Part shown: one piece after another, positions 8,684 to 19,669 of the stretch
How the letters are laid out: each line of letters opens with the position of its first letter
How positions within the stretch are numbered: the first letter of the stretch is position 1
IMG/VR virus record: IMGVR_UViG_3300010282_000004
Span: 83,595-147,594 of that record
Reading direction: 5' to 3' (one strand)
DNA: 64,000 nt
Source: a virus
Taxonomy: Duplodnaviria; Caudoviricetes
The notes under the pieces: generated by a model
Databases searched by the model: none
Told to the model about the DNA's origin: nothing
What the model saw: only the letters and a program-made list of their open reading frames with translations
Translations under genes and position numbers: made by a program

Positions 8684-11600
8684 GTATTATAGAGTTTAAC
8701 CTTTTCCACAAAGAAATGATTGCCCTCTCTCTTCCTACCAAGCATAGCCAAACAATTGCCCTTTTTAATATATTCTCCATATTCTTTTAATTGGCTCGAC
8801 CAAATTGTAGCTTCTATAATTCCACTTGGTGTATATAAATCTAAGTATGCAAACTGATTGCCGTTCTTATCCTTCTTTCTTTTTATGTCTACAATCACAC
8901 AAAACAAAGTAATCTTCTCGTTATCCTCTACATCGTTCCATTCCATCTTTGTATACTTATATGCATCCTCTAACGGATCATTTGTAAGGAACATTGACAA
9001 TGTATCAAATTCCCACATATATTCATCCCTAGCATACTTGTCTCTAAACTCTTCCATATGTGCTTTAAATCTTTTCTGTTGGTCTTCATCAAACATTTTC
9101 TTTCTTATATTATTATAGTCGTTAAGCAGTTTGTCTTTATCTACTTTCTTACCATCCTTGTAGTCATCAACGTTAATACCATATTGCAATAACTTTGAGT
9201 ATGGCGATGGAACAGATGCTACAGGTTTAAACTCTCTCTTATCAAATATGTGAGCGGCATATTTTTGTAATGATGCAACCTTGTTTTTTGTTGGGATTGC
9301 TCCTGCTTTGATAAGGGTAACAATTGCAGTCTTATCATTCACTTTATCAGTAAAATCATTAAAACTAGTGTATGGTCTATTTTCAATAATATTTTTAACA
9401 ATAGACTCACCAAGTCCTTTTACCGCCAACAATCCAAATAATATCTCATTCTTGTCAGGAAGTGCAGTAAACTCCATATTTGAAATGTTTACATTTGGTG
9501 GAGATACTTTAATTCCTAATCTCTTACAGTCATTAATCACAATACTAATCTTTTCAACCTTATCGCTCTTAGATGTTAACAGTGATGCCATGAAATAAAT
9601 TGTGTAATGTGTCTTTAAATATGCCGTGAGATATGATAATAATCCGTAAGCAACTGCATGGCCTCGATTAAAACAGTACGAGCTTTGCTTTAATAGTAAT
9701 TGCCAAATCTCAATTAATTGTTCATTAGTCCAACCTTTCTCAGACAAACTCTTTGTAAATCTTGACTCAAGTTTTGCCATAACATCTTTTTGTTTTTTCC
9801 CCATGCTACGTCTCGCATTATCCACTTCATTTTCAGGGAAATTTGCATACCTAAAAAGTTGCAATGCCTGCTCTTGATACAACAAAACATATTGTGTTTT
9901 ACCAAATATTGTTCTTAAATCTTCGTGCAATACAGTTGCATCTTCTGGATGCAATTTATTTTTACAGTAGTCTGGAAAACTATCTTTGGTTCCAGGTCTG
10001 TTTGCAGCATTTACAACAATGATATCCTCTACATTGTCTGCTTGAGCTTCTACACACATCTTCTTTGCTTCGGCAGACTCCATCTGGAAGATTCCTACTG
10101 TATTACCTTTCTTATATACGTTGTCAAATACCTCTTTATCACACAAATCTAAGTGATTAATATCGACATCTTCCCAAGTAATACCTGCCATCTTAAGTGC
10201 ATCATCAATAATATCCAATGTTTCAAGACCAAGGTAGTCCATCTTAATAAGTCCTAAATCATCCATTGCATTGTGCATCTCAAGTTCGATCATGATATTC
10301 TTTTCTGAATCGTAGCACAAAGGACAGTAGTCTGTTATTGGAGTCGGTGTAATCAAAGTCCCGGCTGCATGTCTTCCCATAGACTTTGGAAGTCCTTCAA
10401 CATCCATAACGTATTTAAACCACAATGGGAATTTATTATAAATGTCTTCAAGTTTTTTGTTCTTGCTCAAGATATCTTTAAGCAATACATCCTTTTCTTC
10501 TTCCTCTCCCAAATCATTTAATGTTTTAATAGTAGGAATCATCTTTGCAACTTCGTCCCTCATTGTATAAGGAATCTGCTGATAGTACGGAGAGTCTTGC
10601 TTTTCATTGAGAACTTTTCCAATATCTCTGATAGCAACCTTTGTACTTAATGTATTAAATGTTGCAATAGGAGCAACGTTCTCCTTTCCGAATAACTCTT
10701 CAGAAATTTCCACCATTTCTTTTCTACGTCTTTTTGAGATATCCCAATCATAATCAGCCATAGATGTTCTGCCCAAATTTGCAAATCTTGAAAAATCAAG
10801 ATCCCATCTAACACTATCTATCTGTGTTACATTAAGCATAAATAAACATAAACAGTTAGCACCAGATCCTCTTGAATATCCCAAAGGAATTCTTCTTTTT
10901 CTAGCTTCTTTTGCAAGCATATATAACATAATGAAATAATCAGTGTAGCCAACTGCATAAAGAACCGGGAGTTCTGTTTCTAATCTATGTATTCTTTTCT
11001 CTTGCTCTTCTTTGCTCATACGTCCAAACTTTTCATCAAATGTACTGAATACTAAATGCCTAAGATATTCTTCATGGTCTTCATATCCACCTTCAATATT
11101 AACTTTTGGCATGATATTCCCTTTGTTTAAACCAATATCAATATCTTCAATCATATCAGCAATATGATTTGTTTCTTCAATGCCAGCTTTGATAATATCT
11201 TCTGAGAAGTTTGACGACATTTTTTCATAGATTTCATCTTCTGTTTGAAGATAACAATCTGTATAACTTTCTCCAACCTCTCTACTTTCTCCGATTTCAA
11301 CAAACATCGCATGTGAATCCAACAAACTATCACTAAGCATATGAGCATCTGTCGTTATGATATATGGGAGTTTATGTTTGATCGCAAAGAAATGAATCAA
11401 ACTATTTGCATACATCTGAGCATCTGTTGAATGAGACTGTAATTCACAAACGACATAATCAAATGTGCCCTGTAATTTTTGAAAGAATTCCCAAGCCTTA
11501 TCGTCTTCTCCCATAACAAGATATCTACTAAGTCTTCCTGCTTGACATGCCGTAGAACAAATAATTCCTTTACCAAGACCATGCTCTTTGATATAATCAA

Positions 11601-11964
11601 TATCAATTCTAGGTTTCTTATAAAATCCGTCCGTCCTTGAAATAGAGGTAATCTTAATCAAGTTCTTATAACCCTCTTGTGTCTTTGCTAGAAGTATCAA
11701 ATGATATCTTGGCTGATAATAATCTTTTGTGTCGGCTTTTTCACTCATATCATCAACTTCATATACTTCGTTACCAATAATTGGCTTTATATCATTTTTC
11801 TTACACTCTTTAACAAAATCTACAAATGATGACATACTTCCATGATCGGTCAATGCCATTGCTTTATGTCCGTTATCTTTTGCAAACTTAACTGCTTGCT
11901 CAACAGTTAGAATAGAATCGAGTAGAGAACCTTTGGCGGTATGTAAATGTAAATGTGTAAACAT
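8644..11964 (-). CDS. dnaE: DNA polymerase III alpha subunit (SPbeta YorL-like)
   Basis: PHP motif HLHLHT...SLLD, RGSGA, DYDWD catalytic motif, HAAG, KMDYLGL, FNRGHAVAY. Confidence 0.96.
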   Translation of the reverse strand: MFTHLHLHTAKGSLLDSILTVEQAVKFAKDNGHKAMALTDHGSMSSFVDFVKECKKNDIKPIIGNEVYEVDDMSEKADTKDYYQPRYHLILLAKTQEGYKNLIKITSISRTDGFYKKPRIDIDYIKEHGLGKGIICSTACQAGRLSRYLVMGEDDKAWEFFQKLQGTFDYVVCELQSHSTDAQMYANSLIHFFAIKHKLPYIITTDAHMLSDSLLDSHAMFVEIGESREVGESYTDCYLQTEDEIYEKMSSNFSEDIIKAGIEETNHIADMIEDIDIGLNKGNIMPKVNIEGGYEDHEEYLRHLVFSTFDEKFGRMSKEEQEKRIHRLETELPVLYAVGYTDYFIMLYMLAKEARKRRIPLGYSRGSGANCLCLFMLNVTQIDSVRWDLDFSRFANLGRTSMADYDWDISKRRRKEMVEISEELFGKENVAPIATFNTLSTKVAIRDIGKVLNEKQDSPYYQQIPYTMRDEVAKMIPTIKTLNDLGEEEEKDVLLKDILSKNKKLEDIYNKFPLWFKYVMDVEGLPKSMGRHAAGTLITPTPITDYCPLCYDSEKNIMIELEMHNAMDDLGLIKMDYLGLETLDIIDDALKMAGITWEDVDINHLDLCDKEVFDNVYKKGNTVGIFQMESAEAKKMCVEAQADNVEDIIVVNAANRPGTKDSFPDYCKNKLHPEDATVLHEDLRTIFGKTQYVLLYQEQALQLFRYANFPENEVDNARRSMGKKQKDVMAKLESRFTKSLSEKGWTNEQLIEIWQLLLKQSSYCFNRGHAVAYGLLSYLTAYLKTHYTIYFMASLLTSKSDKVEKISIVINDCKRLGIKVSPPNVNISNMEFTALPDKNEILFGLLAVKGLGESIVKNIIENRPYTSFNDFTDKVNDKTAIVTLIKAGAIPTKNKVASLQKYAAHIFDKREFKPVASVPSPYSKLLQYGINVDDYKDGKKVDKDKLLNDYNNIRKKMFDEDQQKRFKAHMEEFRDKYARDEYMWEFDTLSMFLTNDPLEDAYKYTKMEWNDVEDNEKITLFCVIVDIKRKKDKNGNQFAYLDLYTPSGIIEATIWSSQLKEYGEYIKKGNCLAMLGRKREGNHFFVEKVKLYNTWVAQMKERGAKS

Positions 11965-12021
11965 ATCTGTATCTCCTTTTAATTAATTAAAACGAGTGCC
12001 GTTTCCGACACTCATTTTTTA

Positions 12022-13773
12022 TTACCAAACGAAATCATCATCGTCTTCTACTGTATTATTCTCTGTTATTTCTAAATCGGATATTGTAATTTGCGGTGTT
12101 CTTACTCCATCATGTTCATTTATCCCTGGCTTACCAACAACTGTAATAACAATACTGTCGTTATCAGACCAAGCATAGTTAATCCAATCATATAATGGAT
12201 CGCCATCCTTACATTTAAACCGAATAAACTTTACATCATTAATGTAAAATGACATCGTGTCTTCTGTCTTACCGAAAATACTAATATCATTCTTGTTAAG
12301 TCTGATATTTTCTACTGCAAACATAGGTTCAGGAATACCTTGACCAATTAAATACTTTGTGTTTTCAAACTGAATGACATCTTTAACCGATACTTCTTCA
12401 GAATCCAATATATCATCAACATAAAAGGTACTATCATATACAACATCTTTCAGCATATTATTAAACTTATCATTAGCCTTATCTTTATCAGAGACTGCAA
12501 AGTTTAAAATACCAAAAGCATTTGCATGACCTTGACCATTTAATATGTCTGTCTGGTTAACTACGTCCTTAAAACTATCAATAGGTGAATTGTCAATATT
12601 TCTAGCAGAACCACCAAACCTATCTTCGTTTTGGACAAGTAACAAACATGGCCTATTGTAGTATTCAGTGACCCTTGAACTTACTACACCAGTAAGACTA
12701 GGCGGTATAATATCTGTAACATCTACAATAATAACCTTATCTGTATTATCTTTTGGATCTCCAATGCTCTCTATGATTTCTTTTAATGCCTTATCTCTCA
12801 TTTTATCTTGTCTTGACTTAGCATTCTTAGAAAGTCTGGCTGCTCTATCATAGATTGATTCTTGGATAACCTCTGCAGGTTTATCTTTTGTTGCTCTCTT
12901 CTTATATTCAAATGATTCATCTGTTTGGATGAATGCCCTAAATAATAAATCCCTCTCTTCATAACTACCAATCCTTATACAACCGTTTATAACCGGGGTA
13001 ATATTATATTGAACATTGTGAATTGTGACTAATCCTTTCATTGAAAACTCTTGAGCATTGATTAGTGCCTGAAAGCATTTATTATTAATAGATTTTAACC
13101 CCAAATCCACGTAGTACTTAGTCTCTTCTGACCTCATATCCATTACGTCAGAAATGTTTGCCAATGCCACTAAATCTAATTGATTATCTGCAAGTTCTTC
13201 CCAATAGTAATCGTCAAGAGACTGTAAGAACTTATAAACAATTCCAGCTCCACAAAACTCTTTGTTCGGATATTTTGGACTCATCTGATTATTTACAATG
13301 ATTGCATACGGATTATCACATTCGCTTTCATGATGGTCTAAGATAATAACCTTAATGCCTCTGTCTGACAAATCTTTACACTGTTCTGTATCGTTTGTTC
13401 CACCATCAGGTACGATTAATAATTTTGTATCATCTGGAATATCAACACCATTTAACCCATGAGCCTTTTTTTCATGCAAGATATAGTCTATAGGATAGTC
13501 ACTATCCATTGACTTAATATAGTTGTACATCATAGCTGCCGAACAATAACCATCTACATCTTCATCAACTAGAATAGAAATCTTTTCTTTGTTTTCAAAT
13601 GTTTTAGCAAACAATTCTGTTGCATAACCAATGTTGTCTAAAAGAGTATAATGGTTTGTTACACTTTCATCTAAAGATAAGTACTTAGAAGGATCGGCAA
13701 TTCCTCTATTAAAGAGGAACTGCTCAATCATATTATTTTTTTTACCATTGTTTGGATACAATTTATATTTCAT
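12022..13773 (-). CDS. recJ: RecJ-like ssDNA exonuclease (YorK-like)
   Basis: DEDVDG, ILDHH, DLVAL...SDVM, GSAR, GHANAFG. Confidence 0.92.
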   Translation of the reverse strand: MKYKLYPNNGKKNNMIEQFLFNRGIADPSKYLSLDESVTNHYTLLDNIGYATELFAKTFENKEKISILVDEDVDGYCSAAMMYNYIKSMDSDYPIDYILHEKKAHGLNGVDIPDDTKLLIVPDGGTNDTEQCKDLSDRGIKVIILDHHESECDNPYAIIVNNQMSPKYPNKEFCGAGIVYKFLQSLDDYYWEELADNQLDLVALANISDVMDMRSEETKYYVDLGLKSINNKCFQALINAQEFSMKGLVTIHNVQYNITPVINGCIRIGSYEERDLLFRAFIQTDESFEYKKRATKDKPAEVIQESIYDRAARLSKNAKSRQDKMRDKALKEIIESIGDPKDNTDKVIIVDVTDIIPPSLTGVVSSRVTEYYNRPCLLLVQNEDRFGGSARNIDNSPIDSFKDVVNQTDILNGQGHANAFGILNFAVSDKDKANDKFNNMLKDVVYDSTFYVDDILDSEEVSVKDVIQFENTKYLIGQGIPEPMFAVENIRLNKNDISIFGKTEDTMSFYINDVKFIRFKCKDGDPLYDWINYAWSDNDSIVITVVGKPGINEHDGVRTPQITISDLEITENNTVEDDDDFVW

Positions 13774-13777
13774 ATCA

Positions 13778-14803
13778 TTACCTCAACTTATATATATTAT
13801 TCTTAACCAACTTAACCCATTTTTCAGGATTATCTGTAGGGGACTCATGACCTATAAGTAAGTTATCCTCATCAAACATATAATAAATAGGAACGTTATC
13901 CGGGAATTTATCTGCCAATTGTTCGTACTCAGACTTTTGAACATCTTTGTCAAAACAAAAGATAATCTCTGCACCAAGCCTTATAAGCATTTCAATTTGA
14001 TGTTGAGATACTTCCTTACCACCAGTTGCGACACAGTTCTTATATCCATATGCCCATCCTTGTTGCACTGCTTTTTCAGATTCAACAACATATACTTTAC
14101 CAATACTCTTAATATAATCTATTGTTATGTTAAGTCCGTAAAGTATCTTTGACTTGCTACAAGACTCTATGTACACATACTTGTTATATCCTTCAGGGAC
14201 TTCTCTATTGAAGTATCTCCCCTTTACACCTACTAAATCACCAATTTCTGATCTAATTGGGATTGTGTATCTGTTTGTCTCCTCATCAAATCCTATCTCA
14301 AATTTCATTTGTGTTTCATAATCTATGTTATCCTCTGCAAATAAGTCATTCACATAAGGTTTATAGTAAGTTAAGATTTTCTCACTAATCGGAACTAAAG
14401 GTTTATCATCATCCTTAGTACTTTCTGTACTCATTCCGTTTATCATTTTTAATATTTTAAAGCTCATTGGAGTTTCTTCATCAAAGTTGTGATAATATGA
14501 AACCCCAATTTCTGAGCATATCATTCTCAAAGTGTCTACGAAATTCAAACCTTTAGTATAAGATACCAAATCTATAAGGTCTGTCGCTCTAGCGATACTT
14601 GTCATCTGTCTTGTGTAATTAATGCAAATTAGTGGTTCTGAATTGTAAATCACTATAGCATTATTGTTATCCCCGGTTGCATTGGCACATGTCCAATAAC
14701 CATTTGCCGTATGATACTTTATATGGTGACATCCTATTGACTCTAATATTTGTTCAACATATCTGTTTTCATAAATGTAAGTCTTTAACTCACGGATATC
14801 CAT
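13778..14803 (-). CDS. DNA primase (YorJ-like, TOPRIM)
   Basis: RYTIPIR...GVKGR, LYGLN, VVESEK, FCFDKD. Confidence 0.85.
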   Translation of the reverse strand: MDIRELKTYIYENRYVEQILESIGCHHIKYHTANGYWTCANATGDNNNAIVIYNSEPLICINYTRQMTSIARATDLIDLVSYTKGLNFVDTLRMICSEIGVSYYHNFDEETPMSFKILKMINGMSTESTKDDDKPLVPISEKILTYYKPYVNDLFAEDNIDYETQMKFEIGFDEETNRYTIPIRSEIGDLVGVKGRYFNREVPEGYNKYVYIESCSKSKILYGLNITIDYIKSIGKVYVVESEKAVQQGWAYGYKNCVATGGKEVSQHQIEMLIRLGAEIIFCFDKDVQKSEYEQLADKFPDNVPIYYMFDEDNLLIGHESPTDNPEKWVKLVKNNIYKLR

Positions 14804-16362
14804 TAGTCACCACCGCCTGACTTTTTAATCAGGTAGCCACATTCATTCCAAACATTGTAGTCTAAGTTAATTTCAAGCAATGGAACAAATTTCTTATTAC
14901 CACCTCTGTTCTTGTCTACTACAATAGCAAAGTATTCCTTCGACAAATCTAAGTCATTTGGTACAGGATCTCCCCAATCATCTGGAGATACATACTGATA
15001 TTTGTGATAATCTTCACGTCTTAAAGCCTTACCAATCATCAAATGGTCTGCCACATGTTTAATCTGTTTAGCATTAGCAATGTTATTACTGCTCAGATTA
15101 AAGATATCAGTAAATACAGTTTCATCTGTAAGCTGGAATACTGACCAACAAAACATCTTTAATTCTCCCATCAACTCTTTAATCTTTGTGGCAGTCTGCT
15201 TGATTGTTGACCATTCATCAGTACGGAATCCCTTTAATGTATCATAGGCACAGTACTTAATATCACTAACCATCTTAGCCTTTCTGAACTCGAACTCCAA
15301 TGTTGTGTCTGAGTAGTCAGAACTTACATCCTTAAACAATAATTTTCCTTCTTTGTTTCTGTCAATCCATTCTGTGACTTTAAGAATATTATTGAATTCG
15401 TCTGATTCATTAAGAAGTCTCTGTTCAAATTCTTTTTCAGTTTCAATCCACGTTCCATCTTCCTCATTAATTTTTCTACGGATGATTTCATTATTTCTAT
15501 CTCTATAAACACCAAGTACAATCTCTCTTTCAGGTTTCTTCATGTGAACACCATGCAGATCTTGGAAGTACTTATTGTTTACTACAGTTGTAATAAGACA
15601 ATTCTCAAGGTCTTCTTCATCCATCTCATTACTCAATAATAAGAACTTCTCATTCTTGACCAATGTAATGTAGGCAGCTAATAACATAAGGTTTCTTGAC
15701 TTTCCTGCATTACTAAGGAATCCATTAAATACAACCTTTCCGGGTCTGCAGCCTCTAAACATTTCATTTAAGATAGGCCATGGCATTTCCAATCCCATAT
15801 CAGGAATGCTAAGATATTTCTTAATATGTGAACTTGTATTGTTTGTAAGTTCAACTGCATCAGCACCTACGTTAATGATTGTATGAATCTTGTCTGCTTG
15901 CACCCTTATGATTCTGTAGATGTCACCTGCAGTCATCTTTTCAAAGTTCTTGTTCTTAAGAATCTTATTGATCGGATAACCATTACGTTCATACTCTCTA
16001 AGTAATGAATACTTCTTTACGATGTCGAAGTAATTCCTACAATCATTCTCATCTGCCAAGTCCATGAACTGTTTAATTGTCTTCCAACCTTTATACTTTT
16101 TATAAGTTTCTAATCTCTCAGGATTCTGAGACATAAATGTGTTAACCTTAGTCTCATCAATATCTTGAGAAAACTTTAAATAGTAAATTTCAAAACTGTC
16201 ATAAAAGAACTTTACTACCGGGTCTGAGAAGTCATACTTACTTCTCACAAAACTACCATAAGTAACAAATAAATCTGTGCTTTTAAGTAAAGCACCTAAG
16301 AAACAAATCTCTGCCTGAACATTGACAGTTGAAATATTCAGTTCTTCATCCATGCTGACCAC
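14803..16362 (-). CDS. DnaB-like replicative helicase (YorI-like)
   Basis: SNAGKSR Walker A, SNEMD, YDTLK, FQL, DKNRGG. Confidence 0.85.
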   Translation of the reverse strand: MVSMDEELNISTVNVQAEICFLGALLKSTDLFVTYGSFVRSKYDFSDPVVKFFYDSFEIYYLKFSQDIDETKVNTFMSQNPERLETYKKYKGWKTIKQFMDLADENDCRNYFDIVKKYSLLREYERNGYPINKILKNKNFEKMTAGDIYRIIRVQADKIHTIINVGADAVELTNNTSSHIKKYLSIPDMGLEMPWPILNEMFRGCRPGKVVFNGFLSNAGKSRNLMLLAAYITLVKNEKFLLLSNEMDEEDLENCLITTVVNNKYFQDLHGVHMKKPEREIVLGVYRDRNNEIIRRKINEEDGTWIETEKEFEQRLLNESDEFNNILKVTEWIDRNKEGKLLFKDVSSDYSDTTLEFEFRKAKMVSDIKYCAYDTLKGFRTDEWSTIKQTATKIKELMGELKMFCWSVFQLTDETVFTDIFNLSSNNIANAKQIKHVADHLMIGKALRREDYHKYQYVSPDDWGDPVPNDLDLSKEYFAIVVDKNRGGNKKFVPLLEINLDYNVWNECGYLIKKSGGGD

Positions 16363-16367
16363 TCCTT

Positions 16368-17048
16368 TTAGTTGAAAATATCATCAACCAAATCATCGAA
16401 GTCAAATGTATCTCCACTTTTATTTTCATTGGATTTAACAACATTCTTATCTACGATAGGTCTGATTGATGTCGTATCATAGTTATTTTTGATACGTTCT
16501 ACTTCTATTATTCTCTGTTTTTCAATCCAATTAAGGTAACTATCGTACTTGCCAATCAATACTGCTAAGTCGTAGTTAATTTTTTGAATAGGATCAAGAT
16601 ATTTACCTTCATGTTCCATCTTGTTATGCATTTTATCTAATGCAGCCATCTGTCTTTTCCACATATCAAGAAGGTGTTCTGGTGGTATACCTCTAGTCAT
16701 ATCCTTATATGTTCCATTATATATATCATCCAACTTATTCCAGACGTAATATGGAATGTTTGTTGGGTTATATTGTTTTACAATAAACCTATATACTAAA
16801 TCCTTATTAATCATAGGCTTAAAGTATTTAACTGTATCAGCACTTAATTCATCTATGCTATTAAGCAACTTAGTGTATTTTTCAACAGTGTCTTTTCGTT
16901 TTGATTGCATCTTCTCTTTACAAAGATTGGCGAAACAATCCTTATGATATGTCTTTTTATCACAATAAATCATTTCGCCAATCGCATGTTTTGTAATTTG
17001 AAGAGTATCACCACAACAAGCACACTTTCTTGTCAGTGACTCTTTCAT
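16368..17048 (-). CDS. replication-associated Zn-finger protein (YorH position)
   Basis: N-terminal CxxC...HxxC; located between ATPase and helicase. Confidence 0.6.
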   Translation of the reverse strand: MKESLTRKCACCGDTLQITKHAIGEMIYCDKKTYHKDCFANLCKEKMQSKRKDTVEKYTKLLNSIDELSADTVKYFKPMINKDLVYRFIVKQYNPTNIPYYVWNKLDDIYNGTYKDMTRGIPPEHLLDMWKRQMAALDKMHNKMEHEGKYLDPIQKINYDLAVLIGKYDSYLNWIEKQRIIEVERIKNNYDTTSIRPIVDKNVVKSNENKSGDTFDFDDLVDDIFN

Positions 17049-17079
17049 ATTAATTACCTCTGTTTATTTAACCAACTTG

Positions 17080-18243
17080 TTAACCAATAACTTCAATAAT
17101 CTTCTTAAGCTTTTCTACATCAGTTTCATTCTTGAATGTAGTAGGAAGTCCAGCTTTAGTAAGGCTATCCTTAACCTTTGTCTTGTCTACCGGGGAAAGA
17201 GCAGCAATCTTTTCCTTGATAGTAGCCTTGAGTGTTGCGACTTCATTTTCAGGAGAAGGTGTAGGATCAGAAGGTGATACATTAGATACAGGCTCGCCAA
17301 CACTTCCCATTACCTCTCTAGTATATAAATCCTGCTCTACTTCTACAGATTTAACCAAGTCGTTCTTTACTACAAATACCTTATTGTTTGCAGTTTTATC
17401 AATGATCTTCTGCCAATCAAGAAGGGTAGGATCTTCAATAATCGAATTATCCTCATGTACATGAGTTCTATCCTTTTCTACATGAGCGCAAACCTGACCG
17501 TCTTCATCACGGAACATTCTAATTACAGTCTTTGCATTATATCCCATATCCTTAAATCCATCAGGTATTTTCTTTCCAGTAGATACACTATTAACACTTC
17601 CATCAGAACCTTTTACAGATTCTGTTTTATCTTTTTCTCTTGCAGTTACAATATAATGTACTCCAGATGCAGCCAAATCAAGGATTAAGTTCTGACCTTT
17701 GTAGTTAATCACCTGATAATCACGAAGTTCCATTCCTGAACCCTCAATCTTAACTAACCTTGCATCTCCAATAAGACCTGCAGCATCTGCCTTAACCTTA
17801 TTTCTCTTTTTAGAGAATTCAACCAATCCCTGTTTTGCAGTCAAATTAAGAATTGTAGAACCATCAATAACAATAGCATCTGCTCTAAAAGGTTCTCCAT
17901 CTGCATCAACCAATACAGTTTCAGTTTCATTTCCTTCGTCATCAAGTTCATAAATATCTTCGTGATTCTTAACCTTTGAAATATACTGTTCTACTTCAGC
18001 TAATGACTGAGTATATACAATGTAAATATTTCTAAGGTCAATACCTTTTTCTTCAAGTTCTCCAAGATAATCATCAATAGATCCTGTTTCAGGGTCAAGA
18101 TACAATACTCTAAACGGTTTACCATCAGGTCTTTTAAAGTATGCGAACTGCATTGCCATTGTTGACTTTCCTGTGAACTGCTCGCCATAAATGAGCATAC
18201 CAATTTTACTCTGTGTTGCTGATGCAACTCTTGCTTTTGCCAT
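17080..18243 (-). CDS. AAA/RecA-fold ATPase (YorG/Sak4-like)
   Basis: YGEQFTGKST Walker A, YLDPETGS, IVIDG. Confidence 0.8.
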   Translation of the reverse strand: MAKARVASATQSKIGMLIYGEQFTGKSTMAMQFAYFKRPDGKPFRVLYLDPETGSIDDYLGELEEKGIDLRNIYIVYTQSLAEVEQYISKVKNHEDIYELDDEGNETETVLVDADGEPFRADAIVIDGSTILNLTAKQGLVEFSKKRNKVKADAAGLIGDARLVKIEGSGMELRDYQVINYKGQNLILDLAASGVHYIVTAREKDKTESVKGSDGSVNSVSTGKKIPDGFKDMGYNAKTVIRMFRDEDGQVCAHVEKDRTHVHEDNSIIEDPTLLDWQKIIDKTANNKVFVVKNDLVKSVEVEQDLYTREVMGSVGEPVSNVSPSDPTPSPENEVATLKATIKEKIAALSPVDKTKVKDSLTKAGLPTTFKNETDVEKLKKIIEVIG

Positions 18244-18378
18244 ATTTATTATCTCCTTTATATTTTATATTTATTACTTTATTAATATATCTCTCACATT
18301 TTATGAGCGAACCATTACAGTTCGCCCATATTGTATGTATCAAAGAGCGAGTCCTAATAATCCCCACTCTAATTTAGA

Positions 18379-19440
18379 TCAATCCCACGCTACGTCATCA
18401 TCTGAATCGTCAAGCTTTGCGTCTCCCCACTCAGAATCTGAGTCAGTACCAAAACTTGCTTCAGCATTCTTAGCCTTGTTAATCTTTGCAATAGCTTCAG
18501 TAATGTTCTTCTCTGTGTATGTGTCCTTGTCGATTGAGTCACCTGCGGCACCTGTGATAACAAAGATTCTTCTAGTAGGTGCAGTAACCTTTGTTGCCAT
18601 AGGATCAGCTTCACCCCACTCATCAACCTCTTCAACGACCTCTGTCTGTGTCTCACTTACAATATGGCCATGAACTTTGATTGCATTGTAAGGCTTAAGT
18701 GCAGTCCTGAATGTCTTAGCCAACTTGGGATTCTCAATATAAAACTGAACATCCTCGATACTTCCCCAATTAATAATCTTTGCAAGAACAATGAACTTGC
18801 CAGTAGGCTTATCGTTACTATCTTTTTCCTGCTCGATTCCCATGAATACAATAACCTGATTGAAGTCGTTCTGTGACTTATAGTCACTAGCTTCAAAATC
18901 ACAGTCTGCACACAATGAAACCTGATTAGGAACTAACTTGGTTGTCGTTCTCTTTTCACCATTGTTTGTAACGAAACTACTGTAATCCAAATTACCACGA
19001 ATAAATACAGACTGACCATCTTCCAAGTTTTCTTTGATTTCAACACAAGCATCGTAATCAGTTAAAATCTTCTTGTCGTTTACAACCTTACCAGTCTCGT
19101 CTACCTTCTTCTTTACTCCGATGTTCTTTCCAATCATACGGTAACCTTCACGATTAAACTTGAATCTCTCTGCCCAAGATACTCTCTGAGTATCACCCTT
19201 CTCACCGGGTTTATCAGCTTTCTTAGTGAAGTAAACCAAGTCCTGCTCGATACCCTGCATGTTAACATAGAGAGTCTTTCCAGTATCATAGGAAACACCG
19301 AAGTTAACAATCTTCATATCCTTTTTGTTTTTTGTTTCGATCTCTTTGTCAAATCCGTCTTTTTCTGTACCAGAAACAATTCCTTTCAACTGAAATGAAC
19401 CTTTTGTTTCAGGCAAATCAAATAATCTTTCTCTAGACAT
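18379..19440 (-). CDS. putative ssDNA-binding protein (YorF position)
   Basis: OB-fold-like beta pattern, acidic tail DDSDDDVAWD, first gene of the replication operon. Confidence 0.6.
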   Translation of the reverse strand: MSRERLFDLPETKGSFQLKGIVSGTEKDGFDKEIETKNKKDMKIVNFGVSYDTGKTLYVNMQGIEQDLVYFTKKADKPGEKGDTQRVSWAERFKFNREGYRMIGKNIGVKKKVDETGKVVNDKKILTDYDACVEIKENLEDGQSVFIRGNLDYSSFVTNNGEKRTTTKLVPNQVSLCADCDFEASDYKSQNDFNQVIVFMGIEQEKDSNDKPTGKFIVLAKIINWGSIEDVQFYIENPKLAKTFRTALKPYNAIKVHGHIVSETQTEVVEEVDEWGEADPMATKVTAPTRRIFVITGAAGDSIDKDTYTEKNITEAIAKINKAKNAEASFGTDSDSEWGDAKLDDSDDDVAWD

Positions 19441-19488
19441 TTTGTTTTTCTCCTTACTTTAATTAATTTTATTTTGTTAATAGGTTAT

Positions 19489-19632
19489 ATACTGTTAAGA
19501 TTGTTAACAGTTTTGGCAGGCACCCAATAGGGTGTCCACAAAATCTAATTTTGGAGGGTTTTGAACATGGATCTATGAGAAGAGCCATCAAATATTAGAT
19601 GCCTGTCAAAACTATCAACAACCTCACAGTAT
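19489..19632 (-). promoter_or_regulatory. long imperfect hairpin in the 5' leader of the SSB-like gene
   Basis: ATACTG...TTGTTAACAGTTTTGGCAGGCA pairs with TGCCTGTCAAAACTATCAACAA...CAGTAT. Confidence 0.55.
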
Positions 19633-19669
19633 ATTATTCTCTATTTATTTTTAGATTTTCGGCAAATTT

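Noticed and set aside
8644-16362. Inteins or introns in DnaE, DnaB or primase
   Set aside because: Lengths are ordinary and no intein terminal motifs or interruptions were seen
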